Shown here: piece by piece, positions 28,133 to 41,699 of the stretch
How positions within the stretch are numbered: the stretch's first letter is position 1
Layout of the letters: the number at the start of each line of letters is the position of its first letter
Assembly: GCA_951406725.2 (NCBI GenBank)
Contig: OX597831.1
Location: 52,638,001-52,702,000 of the forward strand
Reading direction: 5' to 3'
Length of the DNA: 64,000 nucleotides
Origin: Octopus vulgaris
Taxonomy: Eukaryota
Position numbers and translations under genes: made by a program
Notes under the pieces: model-generated
Databases searched by the model: none
Told to the model about the DNA's origin: nothing
What the model saw: the letters and a program-made list of their open reading frames with translations, nothing else

Positions 28133-29760
28133 GCACTACTATTACTATCATTATTTTCCCCTTAATCTTATGTTATAGTATTCTTAATTTATTAGTATAT
28201 CCCCCTTTAGGCTCTAATAAAATATTATTATCCACTGATAATGACCAAAAGTCCTTAGGTGTCACATCATTAATGCTGTGATTGGGATTGACCACATCAA
28301 CACTTTTCTATAATTATATGGGCTGTGTTCAATATGGAAGCTGTCTCTTGTGACCTTGTAAATTTTCTGGGCTCCTTTGGAAAAACCACAACAGTACTTT
28401 CTACTACAATTAAATGTATGTGTCAATCACATACAGTATTTTCCCAGATAAGTAGGCATCTTTCATGTCTGATGCTACCACACTATCTTATATTCTAAAT
28501 GATCAAAACTGAAAAGAGAAAATTCCTTAAAGCATAAAGCATAGTTTTCTATGCTTCCCTATTACAAAGGTACCAAGTCCTCAGCTTGGAGACAGTGGTT
28601 ATACCAACACTTACACAAATTCTCTAGTTTTGACTTAGAATCCTGTGCTTCTCAATCACTATTTTGATATTGACCATGTAGATTTCTGTCCATGCCATCA
28701 CTTTAATATGGCATTCTGTCTCCCCATTATTAGATTAGTTTTTAAGCATTTTTTTTAGTTTTGTTGTTGTTTCTCCTTTCTACTTATAAAGTATCTGTTT
28801 TTTTTAATTGTTGACTTCATTGAAGACAGCAAACAGTTTTCTGTTTTGTTCAGGTTTTGCAGCTATTTCTATTCATTTTCCATGATTCTTTTCTAGATAT
28901 TTTACCAGTTTATCTTATAATAGTTTTCTAGTCACATTAAGTTCCTGTTTTCCAGTATCTGTTGTAAATATATTCTCTCTATGTTAGATTTTCAAAGGTG
29001 TTTTCTAAATGTAGTTATTGTTTTCCCTGTTTTTCTGTCTAGTCGTACTAGTTATTTAATAAGCAATTGAAAATATTAAAACTATAACTTATCACTGGAC
29101 CAGCTATAATATTGATGTCTATTATGTTTTATTTTGCATTTAATTCTGTCTTGAGTATTAATCTACTGTGTTTTCAATATCTTTTCTTAACCTTTTCTTT
29201 CTGTGTGTGTGTGTATGTGTTTGTATGTGTTGTATACTGATGTTTAATTATTTGTAAGTCTGTGTTTGCTGTAATTCTCTTATCACTGTTTCCCCTCTGA
29301 CATGACATTAACATTCTTGATTAATTTTCCTCTCTCCATGGTTGGTGCATTTTTCTAATCCAAAACTCATATCAATTTCTATAGTAATTCTATGTACTAC
29401 TTGCAGCAGTGTTTCTAGTTGTTTATCATCTGCAGCATTAAATGTGAAATCTTTCATATACAAAAGATGATTACTTGTCCTACCATAGCTTTTGTATCCA
29501 AGTCCAATCCTATTTGATATATTGGTTAAAGGTGATAGCACCAGGCAGAAAAAGTAGTGGAGAGAGGAAATCTCTTTGGAATATTCTTCTTGTAATGGAG
29601 ATGGGGTTAGATTTTTATAATTCCTTCTGTTGTCTGTATCAACAGAATTATTTGCCATTTGCTCATGATATACTTAATGTATCTGCTTATTGCTGGTGCT
29701 ACCTTACACATGGCTAATATTTGCAGGATCCATGTGTGAGGAACACTGTAAAAAAGTCTT
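28079..29760 (-). mobile_element. R4/Dong-clade non-LTR retrotransposon remnant with (TAA)n tail
   Basis: Minus strand gives SVPHTWILQIL and LGYKSYGRTSNHLLYMKDF...LETLLQVVHRITIEIDMSFGLEKC, matching the R4/Dong RT pattern (DSVPHSWI; HLLYMDD..GMSFGLDKC). It ends in a TAA microsatellite. Confidence 0.75.
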
Positions 29761-31037
29761 CTTCTTCTTCTCCTTCTTCTTATGGAATGGCTGAAATGGT
29801 AGAGTGTTGAACTTAATTGCCTTACACTATGTAGTTTTGCCCCACTGTGTTCTAAGTTCTAATCCTACCAGGTCGAATTTGCCTTTCATCTCTCCAAAGT
29901 TGAGGGAATCAGTACTGGTCATGTACTGGGGTTTCAGTTCAATTCACTACACCCCAACTTCCTATACATTTGCGGTATTGTGCCAATCTAACAACACCAT
30001 TATTATTGATATTATCATTATTATGATTATTATTGTAGACCAGTAGATTTGGTGCTAACATTAGTGAGTCATACTGAAAGATTTTTGGTATCATGTTCAC
30101 TGCCTCATTGTTCTGGGTTCAAATCCCACTAAGGTCATTGGGTTTAGTTTTTATTGTTCCAGAAGGGTCGAGTGAAAAATATATAATGCTTGTAATATAC
30201 TGGAAACATCATTATTTAACACATTACATCATCTACCATGACAAAAACTATCAAAAGTGACATATATGTCTGTTTATATGCATATATACATACATACAAA
30301 CATACACACACACACATGCACACACACACATATATATATATATGCACACATACATAAGTAGTATCTATAGAGACATATATATATATTGCGTATATGTACT
30401 TAATGTTAGAAACCATACTATATTATCATCATCATTATTATGAATCACTTTTATAATTACTTCAATTACAATTAACATCTCTTTATTCTTTTTACCTTGG
30501 GAACAGGTTGGAATGTAACAACTTCCCATCTATTCTCAACGGCTTCTTAATTATCCGTTTATTATCCTTTAATTCAACATTGTCAACAGATAAACCATTT
30601 TTGACATTGTAATCTCAAGGACTTTGATTCACCATCTTCATGTCTTATTTAGTTGCATATCTGTTTCATATTTTTTAATGATTATTTTATGTATATTTTT
30701 GTTTCTTCTGTTTTAGTAATTTTCATTATTATTATTATTATTATTGGTTTTTATCATTCCCTCCCATGTGAGAGGGGATTTATAAGATAGAGTAGCAATG
30801 AAATGTGGATGTTGTTGACTAGTCACTCCTCTCCAAATATGGGGTCAGGTATCTTACCAATTTAAGAAATTTCTGATGTTGTTGCCGGACTTGTTTCTTG
30901 GTTGTGTTGTTATTGTTGTTGTTGATTCCATATTTTGATTTCAGTCTTCTTTCTAATGGTGCATATTGCATGTGCATGTGTGAGTGTATATGTGTGAATG
31001 TGTGCGTGTGCATGTGTATACATTCCAAAAGGATCCT

Positions 31038-31078
31038 ATGAGATGTCATCTGTTCGTCATACAACTGAAGACATCCAT
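31038..31078 (+). other. GUCAUAC-loop stem-loop, copy 4
   Basis: AUG-a-GAUGUC-a-UC-u-GU [UCGUCAUACA] AC-u-GA-a-GACAUC-CAU. Confidence 0.7.
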
Positions 31079-31187
31079 TGACACATACTTACACACATAT
31101 ACACTTCTACAAACACCCATGCATATGTACACACATGTGCATACATATATACACATATGCTACAAACATTTGCATGCCCATATGTGT

Positions 31188-31254
<67 letters not shown>

Positions 31255-32126
31255 CACACACTCACTCACAGTGAGCACTTCCGTAGCAAGTATACATACA
31301 CATGAATGTTCTCTGTGAGTATGTACAGTAGTGAAGGGTTTTTAGGTATAGGTGATTAGGCTGCCCCGCCCCCTCAAACTATTGGATTAACATAGTTATT
31401 TTGCCATTACCTGTGAGTGGGGGTGGATTACTATACTCAAGATATCATCAATCCACAGCACCCTCTAAAAGAGACAATCAAATGGAACTATTTTTCATTT
31501 TGTGACTGTCTCCATGTGTGCATCTGTGTGTGTGTGTGTGTGTATGTGTGTGTGTGTACCTGTGTATGTGTGTAGGTATCTGTGTGTAGCATTGTTTGCT
31601 TGTTGTGCATCTGTCTTAAATACTTCAGTGGGCTTCAGCTTCTTGTGTACTCCAGAGTACTTGTTTGCACTTCGGTGTGGGCACAGCCAAATGGTTAAGA
31701 ATTTCATTTTGCAATCATAAGGTACTTGGGTTTTGACACAGACCTGCCATCCCTTAATTCGTCCCATTGGGCAAATGTCTTGATTTGACCCAAGTCTTGA
31801 GTTGACCCAAGCCTTGAGAATTGAATAGGGTAGATGGAAACTGTGAGGAAACCTGCTGGATGGATTGTACCTGTAGTTCAAAGGCCCAGTTTTGTCATAC
31901 GTTATGTCACACTACTAATTATTACTGAGGATTACATTAAAGGTGCAAGTGTATATGATGGAATACCAACTTATTAGTGATAATTCAATGAGTGTACTAC
32001 ACATGCACATTTACACACATACACACATATATATAAATGTGCACATGTGTGTCTGGGTTAGACTCATCAAGCTCTCAGCAACATACTGGTATTCTACAAT
32101 TTGCTCAATATACATACATACATATT

Positions 32127-32189
<63 letters not shown>

Positions 32190-32743
32190 ATGTGTACATT
32201 GCAGATATATAAATAACTGAGGTGTTGCTGAAATGTTATATATATATATATATATAGTGGATAGTTTTATACTGTGGCATTGTATACTAAAATTATTCCT
32301 TTAATCCAAACATAATTGAAAGGTATCAATGTAATACAAAGGACCAAAATAAATTCCTTATATTCTTCAAAGATTACATTAAGGAACAAATATTTGCAAT
32401 AATCAGCTACATCCTTTAATAACCTAATGAGAAAGTAGTTCCTTTGATCAAAGAACTGAAAGGTTTATGGCCAAAACCAATGTGAAATCCATTTCTCTTC
32501 TGTACCCTGGTATAGTCTGGATCAAATATGTCAGTTGTGTGGCTCTCTTAAGTTCATACAGCAATGCAAAACTGTTGTGAACTCAAAGTCATGGGTTGTT
32601 GTTCTTCTCAGTTACACTTTCATCTTTATCTCCCCTTTTACTTTCCAAGATGTAGTGATTCCGATAAATGTTTTCAAGAGCTGCAAATCAATTCCTGGAA
32701 ATATTTCTGCCAACTTACTGTGAAGATAGATTAGATCCTTCTC

Positions 32744-32781
32744 ATGCAATAGATTCTAAGTCATACTAGAATTTATTGCAT
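32744..32781 (+). other. GUCAUAC-loop stem-loop, copy 5
   Basis: AUGCAAUAGAUUCUA [AGUCAUAC] UAGAAUUUAUUGCAU: 15 contiguous pairs including one G-U. Confidence 0.8.
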
Positions 32782-33009
32782 TCCTCTAAAGATTTCTTCA
32801 CAGAATTCTTTTAAAAATTGCTATTTTATCCTTTCTTTTTTATGGCATGTAATATATAGTGATTTTTTATCCTTTTATTGGGCATTTCTGAAGACAATCA
32901 AAACCTTTGAAATCCTACATGCCACCACCCACTCTATGAGAGGGGAAGCTTGATTTTTTTAAGACTTCACTTCATGATTTCGAGAAATATTCCAAAAATT
33001 TCTTCTCTG

Positions 33010-33430
33010 ACATCTGTACAGCTTCTGATGTCTGTACAACATCATGTAACCAAGTAGCAACCAACGTCTGTACAGCATATGTACAATATCAGACATTTGT
33101 ACAGTATCTAAAATTTTTATAGCATCAAACATTTGTATACCATCTGGCAGCTGTACACCATCAGAACACTGTCTAACATCTGCCTGTATCCTACTTGGTA
33201 TCTGTCACTTGGTATTTTTACACCATTTGGCTTGTATAAACAATCTAGCCTATGTACACCTCTGCCATCTGTATACCACCAGGTATCTATATACCATTTG
33301 GCATCTGTATGCCACCTGGTACCTACATATATACTGTCTCTACACCATTCCATTGTACACTATTTGGAATCTGGACAACATCTGGCATCTATCTGTAGAG
33401 CATCTGTATATTATCTAGAATGTGTATACA
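33010..33430 (+). repeat. Degenerate ~18-bp tandem repeat (consensus about CATCTGTACACCATCTGG)
   Basis: Roughly 20 diverged units are visible. Confidence 0.75.
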
Positions 33431-35198
33431 TGTAAGGAAAAAAAACCGCTTACAACACAAGGTCAAATGTCGCAATCTTATGTAGAACAACCTTGACCTC
33501 TGTGAAATTGTAAACCTTTGCAGGGCATTGATAGAATGGGAAGTATTTGTAAAGCATCTTCCCTGTAAACCACATCTTCCTACTTCCGATGAAATGAATA
33601 CCCACCATCAGCAATCATCATAACCATTACCAACATGTTTGTGGCTATCATTACTGTTGTTTTTGAGGAAGATGATGAGGATGATGATGATGATAATGAT
33701 GTTGTCGTGAGTGTTGTGTTGTCAATGTTGTATCTTTATTTTAGGGAGAAGGTTAAGTAAGTGAAGCACAAAATAAAAATGTCTTGCAGGTACTAGTTTA
33801 CATCATTTTACATTCAAAGTTCAAATTTCATCAAGGTTTATGAATTAGAAATAGTTATCAGTCAAATACTGGAGTCAGTCTCTAATTGACTATACACTCA
33901 CTTCCCACCCAAATTTGTGGCCTTGAACCTTTATTAGATATCACCGTAATCAATAAGGATGCAGGGAGAAAGAGAGAGAAAAACAGAGTGAGAAAGAAAT
34001 ACAGAGGGAAACATAGAGAGAGAGAGGAAGACAGATAGAAATAGAGTTACATAGACATGAAGGATATGATAAAAGATAGGTACAAACAAGAAGGACCAGA
34101 AGTATCATATGAATGTGGAGAAGAGAGGAGAGTTGGGTAAGGGTGGATTGACTTGCTTGCAGTCTGGGTTAAGAGGAGATGGAAACAAAGGAAAGAAACC
34201 AGCTACAAAGGGATGGCAGCCATCAATTCACTACATCTCTTTGCTACTTTGATATCACCTTTTCCCAAACAACATAGGGTCCTGAGCTATATCATTTGCA
34301 TCATACCCAACTTTAGTTAAGTGTAGACTAATATATTTCATGTAATTAGTTTTTAAGAAAATACCCAACCATTCAAAGTTAAACTTATAATGAAAGAACA
34401 GTCATTAACATTAAAGACAGTGTTTTCTGATGAAATCAGAGAAGAGAATTTCAAAGGTAAATTCATTAGTGGTTTTATTAGGTTTCATTTTGGGAAAGTA
34501 TGGTAACAACTCCAGACATATTTCAGTCCTGTTAGACCTTTTCAGTGAAGTATTGTCTTATTTGCACAGACCAGATCATAAAAAGATTATAGTAATTTTT
34601 GTGGAAAATAAATCACAAATTGGACTGTTATTCTACACTATCTTGTTTCATACATATATCCTTGCCATTGGTGGTTCTGTGAGGTCTACAGCAAAATAAA
34701 TACACAGACATACATGAGGGAGATTTGGTGGTGGGCTTCTTTTTTTTTTTTGTTATGATGGTTTAAAACTTTGCTGAACTTCCAAGACAGTTGAAGGGAA
34801 AACAGAGACAGAAACTTTGACTCATGGGTTGTTACTAACCACTGTTTCAATCAATGACTATAGCTTATTCAGGAGTCAGTGACTGCAGTTGAGCCAACCA
34901 ACAAACAGGGGAATTCTTTTGATGCAATGCTCTCAGGATTTACAGTTGATAATGGGAGGTAAGTGTGATAAAGTCAGACATGGAAAAATTTTGCAGTTGA
35001 TAGTATGAGGTACATACAATAAAGCTGAATAGATCTAAAAAGACTTAGTAATTGGCAATGATAGGTTACATACCTTTATCATTTAATCTTAAGTCAGCCC
35101 GATTAAATAGACCTGTGATTAAAACCATTCCAGCTTAGGCCTGGTGCCTGTCATATTTGGCAGCAACATGTACCCTCTAAGGAACACTGCAAAAGAAA

Positions 35199-35230
35199 AT
35201 GTGGTCAGCCTTGTCATACAGCTGACCAAT
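35199..35230 (+). other. GUCAUAC-loop stem-loop, copy 6
   Basis: UGGUCAGC [CUUGUCAUACA] GCUGACCA. It shows compensatory changes relative to copy 2 (U-A to C-G and U-A to G-C). Confidence 0.75.
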
Positions 35231-35549
35231 AAGAGTATAGCCCATTCCTCTTTTTCTCTATTATATGCTTTCAAATTATCTCCCTTTACTTTGGTAATCA
35301 CCCTCACCCCTCCTCTCTATGTTCTACTACACAAAAGTTTGATATGGGGATCTTGACCAACAGCAAACAGCAGACAAATCCTTCTCCAATTACTCCCTGC
35401 CAATATATATAAATAAGGACAAAATACATTAGATTAGAAAGCCCTTCGAAAAAGATGAAATAGTCATCTTAGATACTAGATCAGCTTGATCAGATTTGAC
35501 CTGTGGTCAAATAACACCAGATATTACAGACGTGTGTGTGTGTAAACAA

Positions 35550-35584
<35 letters not shown>

Positions 35585-35898
35585 TATAGATAGATAGATA
35601 GACAGACAGATGAACAAATACATATATCCATAAACACATACACAAGTGCTTACATATGTGCATGTGTATAGAGAGAGTAGGAGAGGAGAGAAGAAAGGTA
35701 AGTAAGCATATATAGAAGTGTATATATATATATATATATATATATGCATAAACATGCACACACACACATATTTATTTGTTTAAGCTTTGTTTCTTTATTG
35801 TATTTATATTTGATTTGTTACATTTTGGTTCACTTTTTATGTTCTTTTTTTTTAATCAATTTTGTTACCTAACTCCTTACGTAAATGTAACATGAAAG

Positions 35899-36313
35899 AT
35901 GATGAAGACAAGAAGGACGATGATGATGACAATGGTAATGACAATGATGATAATGGTGATGATGATAATGATGATAATGACACTATCAGTGATGATGATG
36001 GTGATACTGATGGTGATGATGATGATGATGGTAATTGTGATGGTGATGGTGGTGGTGGTGGTGGTGATGAAAGTGAAGATGATGAAAGTGATGGTGATGA
36101 GAGTGAAGGTGATGATAATTGCAAGGAAAAAGAAAGAAGAAGGGAGAATATAAGAAGAAAATGCAGAAATGGGGGGGAAAAATAGGTTTTTAAAATATCA
36201 GAAAGAAAACAATCTTTCCCATTTCAACAACAACAACAACAACAGTAACAATAATAACAATAATAACAATAGTAACAATGAGATGAACGAAAGGAGAAAG
36301 GGAAGAAGAAGAA

Positions 36314-36360
<47 letters not shown>

Positions 36361-36431
36361 AGAAGAAGAAGAAGAAGAAGAAGAAGAAGAAGAAGATGAA
36401 GAAGAAGAAGAAGAAGAAGAAGAAGAAGAAG
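35899..36431. repeat. (GAT/GGT)n, (AAC/AAT)n and (GAA)n triplet tracts
   Basis: Directly visible. These tracts explain the poly-D/M/R/L ORFs. Confidence 0.9.
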
Positions 36432-36872
36432 ATTGAAAAGAATGAAAGAATGAAGAATTTTGAAGATAAAAAAGTGATTTTTTTTTGTAATTAAGAACAA
36501 AAAAATGGTTTAAAATTGGGATAAAACAACAGAATTATTTTAAAAAAAAAGAAAACAAATTCCAAAATTAACAATAACAACAACAATAATTAACAATTAT
36601 CAAAGAGAAAATGGTAAAAAAAAAAAAAGAACATGACAATATCAGCAACAATAACAGAATAAGAAAAAATTTGATTATGTTGTTGATTTTTTTTAAAAAA
36701 CAAAAAAAAAGGAAGTGACCTATAAAACTGCACATAATTCGGACATGAATCTATCTCAAAAAATTTGTAACAGTTTTTTTTTAATTCTATGTGGTAGTTA
36801 CTGCTTACTACACATACACTTTTGGAAAACATACATATGCATTCACATACACGCATACATTTTATATTATGC

Positions 36873-36930
<58 letters not shown>

Positions 36931-37115
36931 GTATTATATATATTATATATATTATATAAATATATGTATATATATATATATATCTGTGTGTATGTTTTCT
37001 ATAAATATATATATATATAGATATATATACACACGCATATGTATATATTCATGTATATCTGCATATACTTACATATCTATTTAATTTATTCATATTTATA
37101 CATATATACATATCC

Positions 37116-37165
<50 letters not shown>

Positions 37166-37277
37166 CACAGTATAAGCTGTATGCCAAATATGGCAATTAT
37201 CATATCTGTATATATATATATGGTCAATATTATGACCACATTCATATGTACATTTGTATATATACATACATGTGTGC

Positions 37278-37310
<33 letters not shown>

Positions 37311-37436
37311 CACATATATACCTAAACATATGCACATATATGTACGTATATATATATGTACATATATACATATATATATATGTGTGTGTACATATATATA
37401 TATGTACATATATATGTGTGTGTACATTATATATAC

Positions 37437-37471
<35 letters not shown>

Positions 37472-38124
37472 TATATATATATATGCGGCAGGAAATCTGC
37501 AGTGTTTGAATAATATGTGAAGAATACAAAATAAAAGAAAAAGAAATCTGATTTTTAAAAAAAGTATAATAAACTAATAATGATAACAATAATATTGATA
37601 ATAGTAATGTTAATGATAATAATAATGATAATAATGATAATAATAACTATAATTATAATTATAATAATAATAATATCAATAATAATAATAATAATACCTG
37701 TACCATTTATAATATGGGTGAGTCATTTCCCAAAAATGTTGATGAAAAAATGATTAACAAAAATAATGAAGAAATTGATTTGCTCCCATCAATATTTCTT
37801 CCAAAATTTGGAAAAAAATGAAATAAAATAATTATAAAAAAATTGTAAAAAAGAAAGAAAAAGCAAAAGTCACAGACATATATACATTCATATATGCATA
37901 CATATATCTACATATATGCATAACCACAGTCAGTCATATTTAAACTATACAGAGATACGAACACATACATGCACTCATACACAACCACTCTCATATGTAC
38001 ACACAGCCCCATACACACACTCATAATAAGCACACACTAAAACTGAACAGAGAACACAGATGCACATATACATACATACATATATATATACGTATATGTG
38101 TCAGAGTCTGTTCATATACATATA

Positions 38125-38166
<42 letters not shown>

Positions 38167-38481
38167 TATACATACATACACACACACACACACACAATAC
38201 AAATACCATATGAAATTATATGATATGATGGAAATAATAAAATGAGACATTTGTTCATCAGCTTGTTTGTTTTTTAATTATTTTGAAGGATGCGATGAAA
38301 CTTCTTTTAAAAAAAAACATTAACAACAACACTCCATCATATTGGCAAATTTCATATGCATATAAATATATACACTTACACACATACACATATACATACA
38401 TATACACATATATGTCGTCATCATCACCGTTGTTTAACATCCGCTTAAATGATGATGATAATGACAACACATGTATGTATG

Positions 38482-38550
<69 letters not shown>

Positions 38551-38689
38551 GTATATATATATACATATATATACATATATATATATATATACATATATAT
38601 ATGTATATATATATATATATATACATATATATATACATATATATATGTATATATACATATATATATGTATATATATACATATATATATG

Positions 38690-38722
<33 letters not shown>

Positions 38723-39070
38723 GTATGTATATACATACATATATATATAAGGAGCACCGCAATGCCATCAAAAACATACACAAATACATTAAAACACACT
38801 AAAACACACCAACACAATTACATTTGCACACAAAAAACAACAATAACACCAAAAAGCAAAGAAAAGAAAGAAGAAAAGAAAGAAGGAAGCATAACAACAA
38901 CACTAATTTCTTGGTGGTGCAAAGGGTCTTCTGAAGAAAAAAAATGAATAAAAACCTGTTTCCTTTGATCAAAGACCCTCTTTTATTAAACCTCCAAGAA
39001 AAATTCATTGGCAAAGATTTTAAACACCTTTTTGTTGCAAGAAAGAAAAGAAAAGAAAAAAGAGAAATAC

Positions 39071-39160
39071 ATTAAAAGAAAAGAAATTTTCACGTGTTCT
39101 TTGTTTTAATTTTTTTAATAGTTGTTTAATGTTCATTGATGTTTGTTTTTGTTGTTGTCT
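39071..39160 (+). terminator. Candidate polyadenylation site: ATTAAA, then CA at 39091-39092, then a GU/U-rich downstream element
   Basis: ATTAAA at 39071-39076, CA about 15 nt later, then CGTGTTCTTTGTTTTAATTTTTTT...GTTTGTTTTTGTTGTTG. The plus strand switches abruptly from A-rich to T-rich here. Further hexamers lie at 38947 and 38985. Confidence 0.5.
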
Positions 39161-39614
39161 TAGGAATTATTTTAGTTTGGAGACGAAAAATGAAAAAAGT
39201 TAGTCCAAGACAGATGTTTCAGTTTAGTTCCCAGCATTCCTATCACAGAGAAGCCCTATGAACAAATAATAAGAAAATTGCAGCAAAGCTGCTTGATAGT
39301 TGTGTCAGATGTGGCATGCAGACCGTCATATTACTTGTTTGACATTGCGTTTCTATTCTTCTCTTCCATTTTATTTTGACATGCACATTGCATTTTTATT
39401 CTTCTCTTCTGTTCTATGAATTCCATGTGCACATGCATATTGTGTGTACATACTTCTCTTCCCACTTCCTACTCAAAACTGTTTACAGATCACAACCATC
39501 TCACAAACCTGTGGTTGTGAGGAGTACTTACTCTGATGGTTGTGAAAAAAATAAACTCCAGCATTCCAGCTGGGAGCATATTTTCTCTCCTTCCATGTGA
39601 TATAGTGTATCTGG

Positions 39615-39910
39615 TGAGGGTGCATGGCTAAGTGATTAGGATATTCAGTTCATAATCATAAGGTCATGAGTTTGATAGCTGGTGATGCATTGTGTCCTTG
39701 AGCAGGGCACTTCATTTCACATTGCTCCAGTCCACTCAGTTGTACCTTTAATTCAAAAGACTGGCCTTGTTATATATTCTGTGTCATGCTGAGTTTCCCT
39801 AAGAACTACATTAAGTGTGTTTGTGGATTGCTCAGCCACTTGCACATTAATTTCACAAGCAGGCTGTTCTGTTGATTGGATCAACTGGAACTCTTGTCAT
39901 CATGACCAAC
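39615..39910 (+). mobile_element. tRNA-derived SINE, third family
   Basis: Homologous to 43730-44045. Confidence 0.75.
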
Positions 39911-39939
39911 AGAGTACTATTATGCCACTACAAGGTCGA

Positions 39940-40375
39940 ATCAAGGTCTATGCCAGTAGAGTGTGCAAGCTCCTGACCAGGGCTTCCATGCTAGGCAAGT
40001 CAAATGGTAGAGACCAGACTAATAAGTGAATGACCTTGAGAGCTATGCCAGTAAAGTGTGCAAGCTTTTGATAGGACCTTCCGTGCCGGACAGGTCAAAT
40101 GATAGAGGTCAGATTAGTACTCTGACTGACTTTGAGAGCTATGTCAGTAGAGTATGCAAGCTCCTGATAGGGCCTTCCATGCTGGACAGGTCAAATGACA
40201 GAGATCAGATTAATATCCCAATGACCCTGAGAGTTATGCCAGTAGAGTGCAAGCTCCTGGTAGGGCCTCTTCTGCTGGACAAGCCAAAGGATAAAAGCCA
40301 GACTAGTATGGGTTACTTTTTCCTTGAGGTAAAAATGGGTTTGCATAGGGCCAACACCCCTACTTAAAAAACAAT
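39940..40375 (+). repeat. Four tandem ~93-bp copies of an RTE-type LINE 5' UTR motif
   Basis: Unit ATGACCCTGAGAGCTATGCCAGTAGAGTGTGCAAGCTCCTGATAGGGCCTTCCATGCTGGACAGGTCAAATGA.AGAG..CAGACT, followed by GGGTTTGCATAGGGCCAACACCCC...AAAAA as in RTE 5' regions. Confidence 0.65.
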
Positions 40376-40439
40376 GATGTTTCAAACAACAGGATCTGGG
40401 AGAGGAGAAAAGCAGAAAAGATAGTCCACTGTATGTGTG

Positions 40440-41690
40440 ATAGGGTGTCCCAAAAAGGCATACTCATAGTGCATGATTATAAATCCAGTGTTTATAAAAT
40501 ATATATTTCTTTTTCAAAATTTAATAGAATCAATAGACAGAATTTTGTTATGAACATCTACTTTTAAACTGATGACCATTCTGGTCCAGGTACTGCTGAT
40601 ATCACAAAGCTATAGAATCACAAGCATCACTAAACATTTCATTCTGCATTTGTGTGCATTCTCAGTCAGTGCTGCCTTCGGTTCATCAATTGTTACTGGT
40701 ATTGTGCCATGAACTTTATCTTTGGAGTATCCCCATAAAAAGTGTCTAGTGGTCTGAGGTCCAGTGAACGCAGAGGGCATTCTACTGAACCTCTTAGTCC
40801 AATTAATCTGTTTGGCTAAATCTCATCAAGGTTGGCCCTTACATTACTATGGTAATGTGGATTGGCCTCATTTTGCTGGAAATAAAAATTCAAATCTTCA
40901 ATGCTCTCTTCAATGCTTGTCATGACAGAATGTCACAAGAAGTTCAAGTAAATGGGACTAGTCACAGCATTGACTCTGTTCATAAGACACACCATACTGT
41001 AACAACTGCTTAATTAATTTGATGTTCCTGAGACACACCCTGTTCATAAAACACACCATACTGTAACAACTACTAAATTAATTTGATGTTCCTCTGTAAC
41101 ATGCAGATGCTCAGGTTCCAATAGATGTAATGGTGGTGGTTAACTGATCCATATAATTTAAATGCCTCAACAATCTTTGCTGGAAAGTATGCATCTTCTA
41201 CACATTTTGCTATGCATCAGTCACAAAACTCCATTCTTTGGTTAAGACAATCTTAATTGAGAGCATGGACAATATTTGGAATGTAACTTTTCCAATGACA
41301 TCACCTCAAAGTGTGATGGACACTTGATTTTGAAATTCCAATCTCCCAATTCATTAGTCGCATGGATTTTCTTGAATTCCAGCAAGGCATTTCAAGTAAC
41401 TTTCTTGTTTTATGAGGCTTGTCATATCCATAGACATCTGAAATTTCTCTTGCAGACATTCTGAACAGTTCTATCTGCTTCAACTTACCTCTAATTCAAG
41501 TAGTTGTAAGTTGCATATGTCATTCTGATTGACGCTCCCTCCTGAACTATTTTTGCACTTCAAATGCATTTTTAAACTTCCAGTTGTACTTTAGGATAAA
41601 TTTCCTTTCTTCAAAGCTGCCTTCATAATTTTTATTGGGTCAAATCTAGAAACAATGAAAATCAAGTGAACATGGCACTCCTACATATAC
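40440..41690 (-). mobile_element. Tc1/mariner-superfamily (DUF4817-type) transposon remnant
   Basis: Minus-strand fragments EAFKLYGSVNHHHYIYW and FQQNEANPHYHSNVRANLDE..PNRLIGLRGSVECPLRSLDLRPLD (compare FQQDGAPPHY..VR..L...FP.RWIGR.G..WPPRSPDLTPLD). A TIR-like AGGGTGTCCCAAAA lies at about 40442. Confidence 0.75.
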
Positions 41691-41699
41691 ATAAATATA

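Noticed and set aside
30050-30093. GTCATAC at 30068 in an imperfect hairpin
   Set aside because: It overlaps the head of a decayed SINE and the motif is partly paired rather than displayed. It remains a possible degenerate seventh copy.
30509-30518. TGGAATGTAA, resembling the miR-1 5' end
   Set aside because: The rest of the mature sequence does not match and there is no pre-miRNA-length hairpin. No conserved miRNA was recognised in the window.
31894-31900. GTCATAC in an old SINE
   Set aside because: It has no closing stem and derives from the SINE word CCAGCCTTGTCACAC. Copy 6 resembles this word, so a partial SINE origin of that copy is not excluded.
35862-36399. Acidic (poly-D) and poly-R ORFs
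   Set aside because: They derive from GAT/GGT and GAA triplet repeats.
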